Notes: generated by a model not told the origin, from the sequence alone. A stretch of DNA of 64,000 nucleotides from Gemmatimonadota bacterium (GCA_016874035.1 VGVM01000002.1:22509-86508); one strand, 5' to 3'. Numbered from the stretch's first letter, positions 22,350-31,300 are shown. Made by a program: numbers and translations.

Positions 22350-22365
22350 TGTTCCACGTGAAACA
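22350..22365. promoter_or_regulatory. parS: parS centromere site
   Basis: TGTTCCACGTGAAACA is identical to the canonical 16-bp ParB/Spo0J binding consensus TGTTNCACGTGAAACA. It lies 66 bp upstream of parA. Confidence 0.9.
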
Positions 22366-22430
22366 CTTGAGGTTGCGCCTGTGACGTCCGGGTGTAGGTT
22401 CATGGGCAACCTGCACCGGAATATCGATTC

Positions 22431-23219
22431 GTGTCTCGTGTGATTGCCGTTGCCAACCAAAAGGGTGGGGTTGGTAAGACAACAACTGCTGTGAGTATCG
22501 CATCGTCCTTGGCAATCGCCGAGCGAAGGACGCTGCTACTCGACGCCGATCCGCAGTCCAACGCGACAAGTGGCGTCGGAGTCGTGCCTGGCGCACGCGA
22601 GGGGTCAACCTACGACGTACTGTTGGATCCGGACTCGATCAAGCGCGCCATCATCCCGGGCGTGTTATTCGACAATCTCGACCTTCTGCCTTCGTCGCCA
22701 GACCTGTCGGCTGCGGAACTCGACTTAGCAGATGTTTCCGGGCGTGAGCGTCAGATGGCCGTGGCTGTTGCTCTGGTCAGAAATGCCTACGACTACATCA
22801 TTATCGACTGCCCGCCCTCGCTCGGGATAATCACGGTCAACATGTTGGCCGCGGCTGACGCCGTCCTCATTCCGTTGCAGTGCGAATACTACGCGCTCGA
22901 GGGGCTCTCTCATCTGCTTCGCACTGTTGACGCGATACGGGCTGGGATCAACCCGGCACTCGAAATCGAAGGTGTGGCGCTGACCATGTTCGACTCGAGG
23001 TTAAATCTTTCCAGGCAGGTCGCAGAAGACGCCAGAAAGCATTTCGGCGATCTCGTGTTTCAGTCGGTCGTACCAAGGAACATCCGCCTCGCTGAGGCTC
23101 CAAGTTTTGGCCGGCCGATCGTGTCGTATGACATTGGGTCCGTGGGAGCGCAAGCCTACCTGGCTATCGCACGCGAGCTGATGGAAAGAGTAGAAACACC
23201 CGCATTGGCTAGTAAATAG
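22431..23219 (+). CDS. parA: chromosome partitioning ATPase ParA/Soj
   Basis: GTG start. The deviant Walker A motif is VANQKGGVGKTTT. Full ParA-like length of 262 aa. Confidence 0.95.
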   Translation: MSRVIAVANQKGGVGKTTTAVSIASSLAIAERRTLLLDADPQSNATSGVGVVPGAREGSTYDVLLDPDSIKRAIIPGVLFDNLDLLPSSPDLSAAELDLADVSGRERQMAVAVALVRNAYDYIIIDCPPSLGIITVNMLAAADAVLIPLQCEYYALEGLSHLLRTVDAIRAGINPALEIEGVALTMFDSRLNLSRQVAEDARKHFGDLVFQSVVPRNIRLAEAPSFGRPIVSYDIGSVGAQAYLAIARELMERVETPALASK

Positions 23220-23238
23220 TCCTTTTTCGAGTTTATTT

Positions 23239-24207
23239 ATGAAAGTAGAGAAGGGCAGGCGACTTGGTCGAGGTCTCGAAGCGCTTCTTGCGCCGTCATC
23301 CCGTCCGGCCGTGTCCGGAGCAGGACCGGTTGCCCCTCGCTCGGGTCAAGCTGGCGATTCGCGTCCCGGTCGCGAGGGGGCTGCTGGCTTCGAGTCAGTC
23401 CCGGTGGCGTCGGTGTTTGCCAACCCGAACCAACCTCGACGCAACTTCGATCCCCGGGAACTCGCCGAGCTCGAACGAAGCATCTCGGCCAACGGGCTTT
23501 TGCAACCGATCCTAGTTCGGCCGCGCGGCAATCGGTTCGAGATCGTGGCCGGCGAGCGGCGTTTCAGGGCTGTGCAGTCGCTTGGCTGGACCGTGGTCCC
23601 TGCACAAATCCGTGAGTTGTCTGATCAGGACGTACTGACCCTCGCGCTCGTCGAGAACCTGCAGCGAGCCGACCTCAATCCGATTGAAGAAGCAGAAGGG
23701 TACCAGCAACTGATGTCGCGCTACGATCTCACGCAGCAGCAGGTTGCGGACATCGTGGCGCGTGACCGCTCAACGATCGCCAATGTGCTTCGCCTGCTTT
23801 CGCTCCCCGATACCGTGCTCGGCATGGTAAGAAGGGGTGAACTGAACCTTGGGCAGGCCCGTGCCTTGCTTGGCGCTCGATCCCCTTCGGCAATGGCCTC
23901 ACTGGCTGAGCGAATCGTCTCCGAAGGCTGGACGGTGCGTGAGATCGAGCGACGCGTCCGCGAGGACAAGGCATCGAAGCGATCGCCGAAATCGGGCCCA
24001 CCGGCGCCGGGCGCATCGGCCAGCTTGGCGCCGGCGACCCCGACGGTCGGCCTCGTCGAAGACCAGCTTCGGCGCCGTTTTCAAACCGACGTCAAGGTCT
24101 CGCTCTCCGGCGATTCGCGTGGTGACGTACGAATCGCATTCTATTCGAACGACGACTTCGAGCGGCTCCTGGACCTTCTGCTAGGCACATCGCGAGACCC
24201 CGTATGA
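23239..24207 (+). CDS. parB: chromosome partitioning protein ParB/Spo0J
   Basis: The ParB box is IVAGERRFRAV. The HTH region is LVENLQRADLNPIEEAEGYQQLM...TQQQVADIV. 322 aa. Confidence 0.95.
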   Translation: MKVEKGRRLGRGLEALLAPSSRPAVSGAGPVAPRSGQAGDSRPGREGAAGFESVPVASVFANPNQPRRNFDPRELAELERSISANGLLQPILVRPRGNRFEIVAGERRFRAVQSLGWTVVPAQIRELSDQDVLTLALVENLQRADLNPIEEAEGYQQLMSRYDLTQQQVADIVARDRSTIANVLRLLSLPDTVLGMVRRGELNLGQARALLGARSPSAMASLAERIVSEGWTVREIERRVREDKASKRSPKSGPPAPGASASLAPATPTVGLVEDQLRRRFQTDVKVSLSGDSRGDVRIAFYSNDDFERLLDLLLGTSRDPV

Positions 24208-24614
24208 CGACACCGACTATTGATCACGCGGCGCACGCCGGTCGTGGCGATGTCTTCGCCAAGGACCTCGGTGCAATGATCGTGCATGTACAGCGCGAAA
24301 TTGGTCTTGCGCACCAGACGTTCGTCCTCGGGCAGCGCCAGATCTTCCTTGTCCGGCTCGCGTCCCAACGATGGGCGCGTTGGACGGCTGCGGCCGCCGT
24401 GGTACTCTGGATGTTCACGGCCGCGATGGCCGTGCGAGTTCCGGTGCTCCAGGCAAGGCTGTCGCGCGTCGCGTCTGACGCTGCCCGGCTGGATTCGCTC
24501 GAGGCCACAATGGTGCAGTTGCAGGCACGTTATGACCAGCTCCAGGGGATGCTGAGCCGTCCCGGCGCCAGTGCTCCAGCAGGTACCGCGGCGCCGACGC
24601 GACCGCAGCCCTGA
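24204..24614 (+). CDS. hypothetical single-TM / coiled-coil protein
   Basis: ATGA overlap with the parB stop. A TM segment WTAAAAVVLWMFTAAMAV is followed by the heptad-like LQARLSRVASDAARLDSLEATMVQLQARYDQLQGML. Codon bias in the first ~55 codons is ambiguous, so the true start may be internal. Confidence 0.45.
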   Translation: MTTPTIDHAAHAGRGDVFAKDLGAMIVHVQREIGLAHQTFVLGQRQIFLVRLASQRWARWTAAAAVVLWMFTAAMAVRVPVLQARLSRVASDAARLDSLEATMVQLQARYDQLQGMLSRPGASAPAGTAAPTRPQP

Positions 24615-24663
24615 TCGAGACTTCCGCGCCCATCACCGTCTTACTCGAAGAGGAAAACCCCTC

Positions 24664-25077
24664 ATGTTCCCCAAGGACAGTCCTGCCAAGTCGGACTCGC
24701 GCAGCGCCGCGCCAATCGCCGAGGCAAGCCTTTCGATCATCGCCGCCGGCGTCCGGCTCACCGGCGACATTGAATCAACCGGCGTGCTGAAGGTGGATGG
24801 CGAGATCAATGGATCCATCACGGGTGCTCGCCAAGTGCTGCTCGGCCGAAATGGTATCGTGCACGGAAACGTGACCGCCGGCGAGGTCGTTGTCGGTGGG
24901 GCCGTCGAAGGGAGCGTCGCGGCCACCGAGCGCCTTGAACTGCAGGCAACCGCAGCGGTGCAGGGCGACATCGCCACGCGATCAATCGTGGTCCTCGAGG
25001 GAGCGCGGATCAACGGGCTCGTTCGCATGGGCGAAACCGCCGTGCGTGCCGAACCGCTTCGCATCGCGCGCGGGTAA
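24664..25077 (+). CDS. bactofilin (polymer-forming cytoskeletal protein, DUF583)
   Basis: Repetitive beta-helix sequence GDIESTGVLKVDGEINGSITGARQVLLGRNGIVHGNVTAGEVVVGGAVEGSVAATERLELQATAAVQGDI is present. The ATG at 24664 was verified. Confidence 0.9.
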   Translation: MFPKDSPAKSDSRSAAPIAEASLSIIAAGVRLTGDIESTGVLKVDGEINGSITGARQVLLGRNGIVHGNVTAGEVVVGGAVEGSVAATERLELQATAAVQGDIATRSIVVLEGARINGLVRMGETAVRAEPLRIARG

Positions 25078-25082
25078 GGCGA

Positions 25083-26096
25083 TTGCAGTTGTTCCGCCGA
25101 CTCCTGCTCGCGACGTGGGCCGCAGCGCTCGGCGCGTGCTCGGGGGACTCGAGCAAGTCGTCCGTCGCCACCGACGGCCTCCGCGTGGCGCTGCTGACGC
25201 CCGGACCGATCTCGGACCAAGCGTGGAACGGCAGCGCCTATGCGGGACTCACTCGCGTCCGCGACTCGCTCGGCGCACAGGTCAGCCATGTCCAGGTTCG
25301 AACGCCGGCCGATTTCGAGGAGAACTTCCGGCAGTACGGCTCGGCCGGATATTCGTTGATCATCGGCCACGGGTTCGAGTTCCAGGATGTCGCTGCTCGC
25401 GTCGCGCCGTCCTACCCCAAGTCGTTTTATGTGACCACCGGTGGGTCCACGACCGGACCCAACCTGGGCACCTTGTCGTTTTCGTTCGATGAGCCATCGT
25501 TCCTCGCGGGAATGATTGCCGGTGCGGCAACGCGCACCGGTGTGATCGGGAGTGTCGGCGGAACCGACCTCCCTCCGGTTCACAAGTCGTTCGACGCGTT
25601 CCGCGAGGGCGCGCAGTTTGTCCGTCCTGACATCCGGGTCATCACCACGTTTATCGGAAACTGGGATGATGCCGGGGCGGGGAAGGAACAGGCGCTGGCA
25701 CTCATGGGGCGGCGGGCTGACATCATCTTCCAGAACGCGGATGCCGCCGGCCTTGGCGTCTTCCAAGCCGTTCGCGAGCGGCCCGGAACGCTCGTGATCG
25801 GCGCGAACGCGAACCAGAACGCACTTGTGCCCGGTGGAGTCCTGGGGAGTGTGGTGATTGACATCCCCCACGCATTTCTCCTGCTCGCGCGCCGTGTGAA
25901 GGACGGAACCGCGAAGGGCGAGGTCATTTCATTTTCCACGACGGACGACGTCGTGCGTTGGGAGCCGAGCGACCCGATCGTCAAAGCGCGTGTACCTGCA
26001 GCCGTCCTGGCTCGCGTTGATTCTGTGCAACGGGCAATGCGCCAGGGCACGTTCACCGCATCAACGAGCCCGACTGTGGTCGGCGCCCGGCCATGA
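25083..26096 (+). CDS. BMP-family (PnrA/Med-like) ABC transporter substrate-binding lipoprotein
   Basis: Lipobox LLATWAAALGAC is present. The BMP-type sequence is VALLTPGPISDQAWNGSAYAGL...GHGFEF.... Confidence 0.85.
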   Translation: MQLFRRLLLATWAAALGACSGDSSKSSVATDGLRVALLTPGPISDQAWNGSAYAGLTRVRDSLGAQVSHVQVRTPADFEENFRQYGSAGYSLIIGHGFEFQDVAARVAPSYPKSFYVTTGGSTTGPNLGTLSFSFDEPSFLAGMIAGAATRTGVIGSVGGTDLPPVHKSFDAFREGAQFVRPDIRVITTFIGNWDDAGAGKEQALALMGRRADIIFQNADAAGLGVFQAVRERPGTLVIGANANQNALVPGGVLGSVVIDIPHAFLLLARRVKDGTAKGEVISFSTTDDVVRWEPSDPIVKARVPAAVLARVDSVQRAMRQGTFTASTSPTVVGARP

Positions 26097-26869
26097 CCGC
26101 CCTGCTGAGTACGGTTGCCGCACGACTGGACGACCTGCTTGGCGTCCAGGGTTTCCCGGACTATCCAAACGCGATCAACGGCCTGCAATGCGAGAACCGA
26201 GGGACCATTCGCGCCGTTGCCGCCGCGGTTGACGTCTCCGCGGACACGATTCGCACAGCTGGCGAACTCGAGGCGACGCTCCTCTTGGTGCACCACGGGT
26301 TGTTCTGGGGTGGTCTTCAGCCGTTGGTCGGGTTTCGACTTGCTCGCGTTCGCCAGCTCCTCGAGCGCGACGTGGCGCTCTATTCCGCGCACCTTCCGCT
26401 GGATGCGCACCCAACCCTTGGCAACTCACGGCTGCTTGCCGCAGAACTTGGCCTGCCGCCCACTTCCGGCTTCGCGATGGTCCACGGAAACGCGTGCGGT
26501 GTTCGTGGTGAATGCGACCGAAGCACCGCCGATCTTGTCGCCGCCTGCGATGCGTTCGCGCGAACGCACGGCGGGTCAGCACGATCGTCGGTTGTCCTGG
26601 ACGGACGTCGCACGCGACGCTGGGCCATCTGCTCCGGCGCAGGCGCGGGCACCGAGACACTCGCCGAAGCGACTGCCGCGAACGTTGATACGTTGATTGT
26701 GGGAGAGGGTCCCCACTGGACGGCCGTGGACGCCCCGGAGCGGGACCTCGTCATCATCTACGCAGGGCACTACGCCACCGAGACGCTTGGCGTCCGCGCG
26801 CTGGGTGCCATGATCGCTGGGGAGTTCCAGCTCCCGTTCCGCTTCATTCCATCGCCAACGGGGTTGTGA
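26093..26869 (+). CDS. Nif3-like dinuclear metal centre protein (YbgI/GTP cyclohydrolase 1 type 2 homologue family)
   Basis: The product shows LLLVHHGLFWGG...LYSAHLPLDAHP...GHYATETLG. It overlaps both flanking genes (ATGA and GTGA). Confidence 0.85.
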   Translation: MTALLSTVAARLDDLLGVQGFPDYPNAINGLQCENRGTIRAVAAAVDVSADTIRTAGELEATLLLVHHGLFWGGLQPLVGFRLARVRQLLERDVALYSAHLPLDAHPTLGNSRLLAAELGLPPTSGFAMVHGNACGVRGECDRSTADLVAACDAFARTHGGSARSSVVLDGRRTRRWAICSGAGAGTETLAEATAANVDTLIVGEGPHWTAVDAPERDLVIIYAGHYATETLGVRALGAMIAGEFQLPFRFIPSPTGL

Positions 26870-28338
26870 GCGCACACGGTCCGGCACTTGAGTTGGCCGG
26901 AATCACCAAGCGTTTCGGCGATACGACAGCCGTCGAGGGCGTGGATCTGCGCGTGAACTTTGGCGCGGTTCATGTGCTGTTGGGCGAGAACGGCGCCGGG
27001 AAGACCACGCTGCTGCGGATTGCAGCCGGACTGCTGCCGCCCGACGAGGGTCGTGTGGTCATCCCACTGACATCGAGTGCGGCCGCGGCACAGCCATCAA
27101 CTGCCGGCGCTACCAGGATTTCGCTCGTTCACCAGCATTTTTCCGCAGTCCCGGCTCTCACTGTCGCCGAAAACGTCGCACTGGGCCGCGGTGGGTTGCT
27201 GAGTCGCTTCAATCCAGGGGCGATTGCCGACGAGCTGGCCGCCCTGCATCGGGAGACCGGCCTCGTGCTGCCACCCCCGAACACGCGCGTCGCCGACCTT
27301 GAGGTCGCCGAGCAGCAACGCGTCGAGATCGCAAAGGCATTGCTGAAGCGACCCGGTATCCTGATGCTCGATGAGCCGACATCCACCCTGTCGCCGGATG
27401 CCGGACGGGATTTGTATCGCTGGCTTGGCGAATATGCGGCGGGCGGGCACGCTGTCGTCGTGGTGACGCACAGGATTTCCGATGCGCTGGCATTCGGTAC
27501 AGACGTCACTGTGCTTCGACACGGACGAGTTGCGCTTCGGGCGCCACGCTCCGCCACCAATGAGCGCGAGCTTCTCGATGCGATGTTCGGCGCCGAGCTT
27601 GAGTTCGCCCCTGACCCTGCATCCGCTGACGCAGCCGCCGAGGGCACGGACGGTCGCCCGGTGGTTATTGCACTGCGCGGGGCGGGGTATCGCGATGATC
27701 GCGGAGTCGAGCATGTCGCGAATGCGACGCTTGATATTCGTGCGGGTGAGATCGTCGGCGTTGCAGGAATCGATCGTTCCGGACACTCAGCGCTCCTTCG
27801 GCTGGCGGCCGGACGGATTCGCCCCACGAGCGGAAGCGTTGTCCGTGGCTCGACGGTGGCGTTTGTTCCCGAAGACCGCCTGCGGGACGCGTTGATCGGC
27901 GAGCTATCGCTCGAGGAGAACTTCTTGTTGCGAGGGTCTGCCGAGCGGCGTGGCTGGGTGTCCTCGGCCGAGGGACGCGCGAAAACCGCCGCCGCCATGT
28001 CCGCCTATGCGGTGCGCGCCACAGACACGCTGGTGCCCGCGGCGGAGCTCTCGGGTGGGAACCAGCAACGATTTGTGCTGTCCCGTGAACTCGCAGACCA
28101 GCCCCGCGCGCTGGTCGCCGAACATCCGACCCGCGGGCTGGACGCGCGGAGCGGCGGGTTCGTGCGTCAGGCGCTGCGCTCCATGCGTGAGCGTGGGGGC
28201 GCGGTGCTGTTGTACTCCGCTGATATCGACGAGCTGCTCGCGATGGCCGATCGCATCGTCGTGTGCCATCGCGGTCGCGTCATCGCGGTTTCGCGTGACC
28301 GTGCCGCCATTGCGCGTGCCATGGCGGGGACAGCATAG
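26866..28338 (+). CDS. ABC transporter ATP-binding protein (tandem ATPase domains, sugar/nucleoside type)
   Basis: Walker A GENGAGKTT and signature/Walker B ...LMLDEPTS are present. The second domain has LSGGNQQR. Confidence 0.9.
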   Translation: MSAHGPALELAGITKRFGDTTAVEGVDLRVNFGAVHVLLGENGAGKTTLLRIAAGLLPPDEGRVVIPLTSSAAAAQPSTAGATRISLVHQHFSAVPALTVAENVALGRGGLLSRFNPGAIADELAALHRETGLVLPPPNTRVADLEVAEQQRVEIAKALLKRPGILMLDEPTSTLSPDAGRDLYRWLGEYAAGGHAVVVVTHRISDALAFGTDVTVLRHGRVALRAPRSATNERELLDAMFGAELEFAPDPASADAAAEGTDGRPVVIALRGAGYRDDRGVEHVANATLDIRAGEIVGVAGIDRSGHSALLRLAAGRIRPTSGSVVRGSTVAFVPEDRLRDALIGELSLEENFLLRGSAERRGWVSSAEGRAKTAAAMSAYAVRATDTLVPAAELSGGNQQRFVLSRELADQPRALVAEHPTRGLDARSGGFVRQALRSMRERGGAVLLYSADIDELLAMADRIVVCHRGRVIAVSRDRAAIARAMAGTA

Positions 28339-28339
28339 A

Positions 28340-29431
28340 ATGCGACTGCTCGGGGCCGCTCGATACTTCGCCCGGACCACGCTTCCGGCAGTCGCCGTTG
28401 GCGCAGGATTGATCGGAATACTTGGTGTCGTGATCGCCCTTGCCGGCCACGATGCCGGTGATGCGCTCATCTCCGGGGCCCAGGCCGCGTTCGGGTCGAG
28501 CGACGCCCTGATTTCCGCGACACTGAAGCGCGCGACGCCGCTCATGTGGCTCGGGCTCGCGGTTGCGGTCGCCTTTCGCGCCGGCGTCCTGAATATCGGT
28601 GCCGAAGGGCAGTTCCTCGTCGGCGCCGTGTGCGCCTCAGCAGCGGGCTTGTACCTTCCAGAGCTGCCTGGTGTCGGGGGGCCCCTGATCGTGCTTGCCG
28701 CGGGAGCGCTTGGCGGGATGGCGTGGGCTGGCTCGGCGGGTTGGTTACTGCGGCGCCATGGGGTGAATGAGGTGGTCAGCACCTTGCTCTTGAACCTTCT
28801 TGCGTCGCAGTTGGTGGGGTATCTCGTCCGCGGCCCGTTGCAAGAACCGTCGAGAACGTACCCGCAATCGTCGGCCGTGCCGGAGTACTTCCGGGTGCCG
28901 CTGTTGCTCGACGGCTATCGCTTGCACGCCGGCTTCCTGCTTGCGATCCTTGCGGCCGGGATCATCGCGTTGCTCACGTACCGTCACGCAATCGGGTTTC
29001 GCTGGCGAGTCGTCGGGCTCGGGCCGCTTGCCGCGGAATCGGCAGGCCTGATAGACGTCGGCGCCACTCGCGTGCGCGTGCTGCTGCTCAGCGGTGCATT
29101 CGCGGGGATCGCCGGCGCTGGTGAGTTGGCCGGCGTGACGTATTCGCTGTTCGAGGGGCTCTCGCCGGGTTATGGCTACACGGCGATCGCTGTTGCGCTG
29201 ATCGCGCGGCTGCATCCGATTGGACTCCTCGCATCCGCGATCGCGTTCGGCGCGCTTGGCGCTGCTGGTGACGGCATGCAAAGGAACTCCGGTGTCCCTG
29301 CCGACCTCACCGTGGTGGTATCTGCAGGCGCCATCCTCGCCGTCCTGGCGTATCCGTATGTCCGCGCGCGCTGGGCTGTCATGAATCCAGCAACAGATCC
29401 GCCCGCCACAGACCGGGCCGCGAATGCTTGA
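28340..29431 (+). CDS. ABC transporter permease
   Basis: The ATG at 28340 lies just after the ATPase stop. Polytopic product MRLLGAARYFARTTLPAVAVGAGLIG.... The ORF-track start at 27950 was rejected. Confidence 0.85.
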   Translation: MRLLGAARYFARTTLPAVAVGAGLIGILGVVIALAGHDAGDALISGAQAAFGSSDALISATLKRATPLMWLGLAVAVAFRAGVLNIGAEGQFLVGAVCASAAGLYLPELPGVGGPLIVLAAGALGGMAWAGSAGWLLRRHGVNEVVSTLLLNLLASQLVGYLVRGPLQEPSRTYPQSSAVPEYFRVPLLLDGYRLHAGFLLAILAAGIIALLTYRHAIGFRWRVVGLGPLAAESAGLIDVGATRVRVLLLSGAFAGIAGAGELAGVTYSLFEGLSPGYGYTAIAVALIARLHPIGLLASAIAFGALGAAGDGMQRNSGVPADLTVVVSAGAILAVLAYPYVRARWAVMNPATDPPATDRAANA

Positions 29432-30317
29432 AGGGCTTCTTGAGGCGGCGATGCGTGCCGCCGTTCCGCTCGGCTTGGCAGCGATGGGCGAGCTGGTCGT
29501 GCAGCGCGCCGGGGTGATCAATATCGGAATCGAAGGCATCCTCGCCGTGGGGGCGCTCGTCGCCTACGTGGTCGCCGAGTCGTTTGGTCCGGGTGTTGCG
29601 ATGGGTGCGGGCGCTGCCGTTGGGATCGTCGTCAGCGCAGTGTTTGCCGTTCTGGTTGTCCGTGTACGCGCGCACCAGGTCATCGCCGGTACCGCGATTG
29701 CCATGCTCGGACTGGGGCTCAGCGCGGCAGGCCATCGCCTGCTTGACCACTCAGGTCCCGCTGTGTCGACGATAACTGCGGTCGATGTTCCATTGTTGGC
29801 GGATCTCCCGGTCCTCGGCCGTGTGCTGTTCGCGCAACAGTGGCCTTTCTATGTGATGGTCGCCGGACTTGGCGTCGTCGCATGGACACTTCGCCGGACA
29901 ACGCTTGGCGTCGTCCTGCGGGCGTGCGGTGACGCGCCTGCGGCTGTACGCGGTGCTGGCCGCTCCATTGATGCCGTGCGCGCGGGCGCGATCATGTTCG
30001 GTGGTGCGTGCGCCGGGGCGGCCGGGGCATTCCTCGTTGTTGGTCAGGCCGGGGTTTTCGTCGAGGGTATGTCGGCCGGTCGCGGGTTCATTGCCATCGC
30101 CATTGTTGCGCTGGGGCGCTGGAGCGTGCCGGGTGTGGCGATCGCGACCGTGATCTTCGGGCTGGCCAGTTCGCTCCAGTTTGCCGTGCAGGCCCTCGGG
30201 GCAACCGTTCCCTATAACCTCGTGCTGGGCGCTCCGTATGCGCTCACGTTGCTGCTGCTGCCCCTGACACGGGGAGCGGGTTCATCGCCGCGCGTCCTCG
30301 GGAGTCACGGCGAGTAA
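29424..30317 (+). CDS. ABC transporter permease
   Basis: 8-nt overlap with the preceding permease. Polytopic 297-aa product of the same family. Confidence 0.85.
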   Translation: MLEGLLEAAMRAAVPLGLAAMGELVVQRAGVINIGIEGILAVGALVAYVVAESFGPGVAMGAGAAVGIVVSAVFAVLVVRVRAHQVIAGTAIAMLGLGLSAAGHRLLDHSGPAVSTITAVDVPLLADLPVLGRVLFAQQWPFYVMVAGLGVVAWTLRRTTLGVVLRACGDAPAAVRGAGRSIDAVRAGAIMFGGACAGAAGAFLVVGQAGVFVEGMSAGRGFIAIAIVALGRWSVPGVAIATVIFGLASSLQFAVQALGATVPYNLVLGAPYALTLLLLPLTRGAGSSPRVLGSHGE

Positions 30318-30323
30318 CTGCGA

Positions 30324-30626
30324 TCAGCGACCAACAGGCTGGCGGTCCGGATTTCTGCCCGGTAGCCAGGGCCCGACGAGATCCCAATGCCAAGTCTCGC
30401 GGCGGTGACCCGACCGCGGGTCCTTGAGTGGCCGATGCTGGAGTCGCGCGGGGTGCAGGCCGTTCGCGTAGCCGTACGCCTCGAGGGCACGCCGATCCGA
30501 GGAAACCAGGTGGGCCATGGCATGCCCGCGAAACCAGTGGCGGTGAAGCCAGAGTTCGCCATCGAGCGCGTACTGGACCCGTCGCGCCAGTACACAAACT
30601 CCGCCCACCGCAACGCACCCTCCCAT
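30324..30626 (-). CDS. DUF4031-like small protein (tentative)
   Basis: The frame contains ...GHAMAHLVSSDRRALEAYGYANGLHPARLQHRPL...HWDLVG, which resembles the DUF4031 pattern (xHhxxDxxxELhxxAxxxGL...HYD). Three overlapping minus frames exist, and this one was chosen on motif and GC3. The start is uncertain. Confidence 0.4.
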   Translation of the reverse strand: MGGCVAVGGVCVLARRVQYALDGELWLHRHWFRGHAMAHLVSSDRRALEAYGYANGLHPARLQHRPLKDPRSGHRRETWHWDLVGPWLPGRNPDRQPVGR

Positions 30627-30648
30627 TCCCCGCGCAATACGGGACCTT

Positions 30649-31086
30649 CTACTGACACCCGACTTGGCCTTCCACTGTTGCCGGTGCGAGCGCCGACACC
30701 GTCCCGCTGAACAACGCGCAGACCTGTGGAAACGACGCGGGGTGCGTCGCCGACGCCGACCAGCCAGAAGAGGTGGCGTCCACGATCGTGGGCACAATGC
30801 CTGGCGATCGGGTCAGCTTGAGGAGCGCTGTGTCAGCCGAGTAGGCGCGATTCTCGAAGAAATAGGCCTCTTGTGCCGACGACAGATTGCGAAGGTCGGT
30901 CTTCAGCGATGCGCCATACGCCTTGCCTTTGGTCGTCTGAAACTTCGGGATCGCAATGGCGGCAAGGATGCCAATGATCACCACGACGATCAGCAGTTCG
31001 ATCAGCGTAAAACCCGCAGTGCGTTCGCGGGGACTCCCGGCCGACTGGCGGCGGTGGTTGGCGTATCGTGAAGTGAGCAGCATCAC
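30649..31086 (-). CDS. type IV pilin / prepilin-type N-terminal cleavage-methylation domain protein
   Basis: The class III signal is G/FTLIELLIVVVIIGILAAIAIPKF. The leader is unusually long, so the start may be internal. Confidence 0.85.
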   Translation of the reverse strand: MMLLTSRYANHRRQSAGSPRERTAGFTLIELLIVVVIIGILAAIAIPKFQTTKGKAYGASLKTDLRNLSSAQEAYFFENRAYSADTALLKLTRSPGIVPTIVDATSSGWSASATHPASFPQVCALFSGTVSALAPATVEGQVGCQ

Positions 31087-31300
31087 ACTCTCCGTCCCTG
31101 ATTGCGGACCAGCATTTCAAGCGGCAACCCCATCAGGCAAGCATTGGGCCCTCGGCGGCACCGGATGCTAAGTCGTTGACGGGTATTGGGTTCTGGAATC
31201 TTGCGACTCTCACCGGGTATCGGCCAGTGGCAAGAATTTCCGGCGATTGACGCATGATGCAACTACATGGGGTGGTTGGGAACCGGCCCCGTGACACGGC

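Noticed and set aside
24633-25871. 412-aa minus-strand ORF opposite the bactofilin and BMP lipoprotein genes
   Set aside because: It has shadow-frame composition, and the plus strand carries unmistakable bactofilin repeats and a BMP-family sequence.
30244-30797. Three overlapping minus-strand ORFs downstream of the pilin gene
   Set aside because: Only the frame giving the DUF4031-like pattern was kept, at low confidence. The other two frames and the long N-terminal extension to 30797 (which overlaps the pilin gene) look non-native.
31087-31300. Searched for a sigma-54 promoter upstream of the type IV pilin gene, which is common for pilA
   Set aside because: No GG-N10-GC element with flanking consensus was found on the minus strand. 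The only near match has GG-N8-GC spacing.
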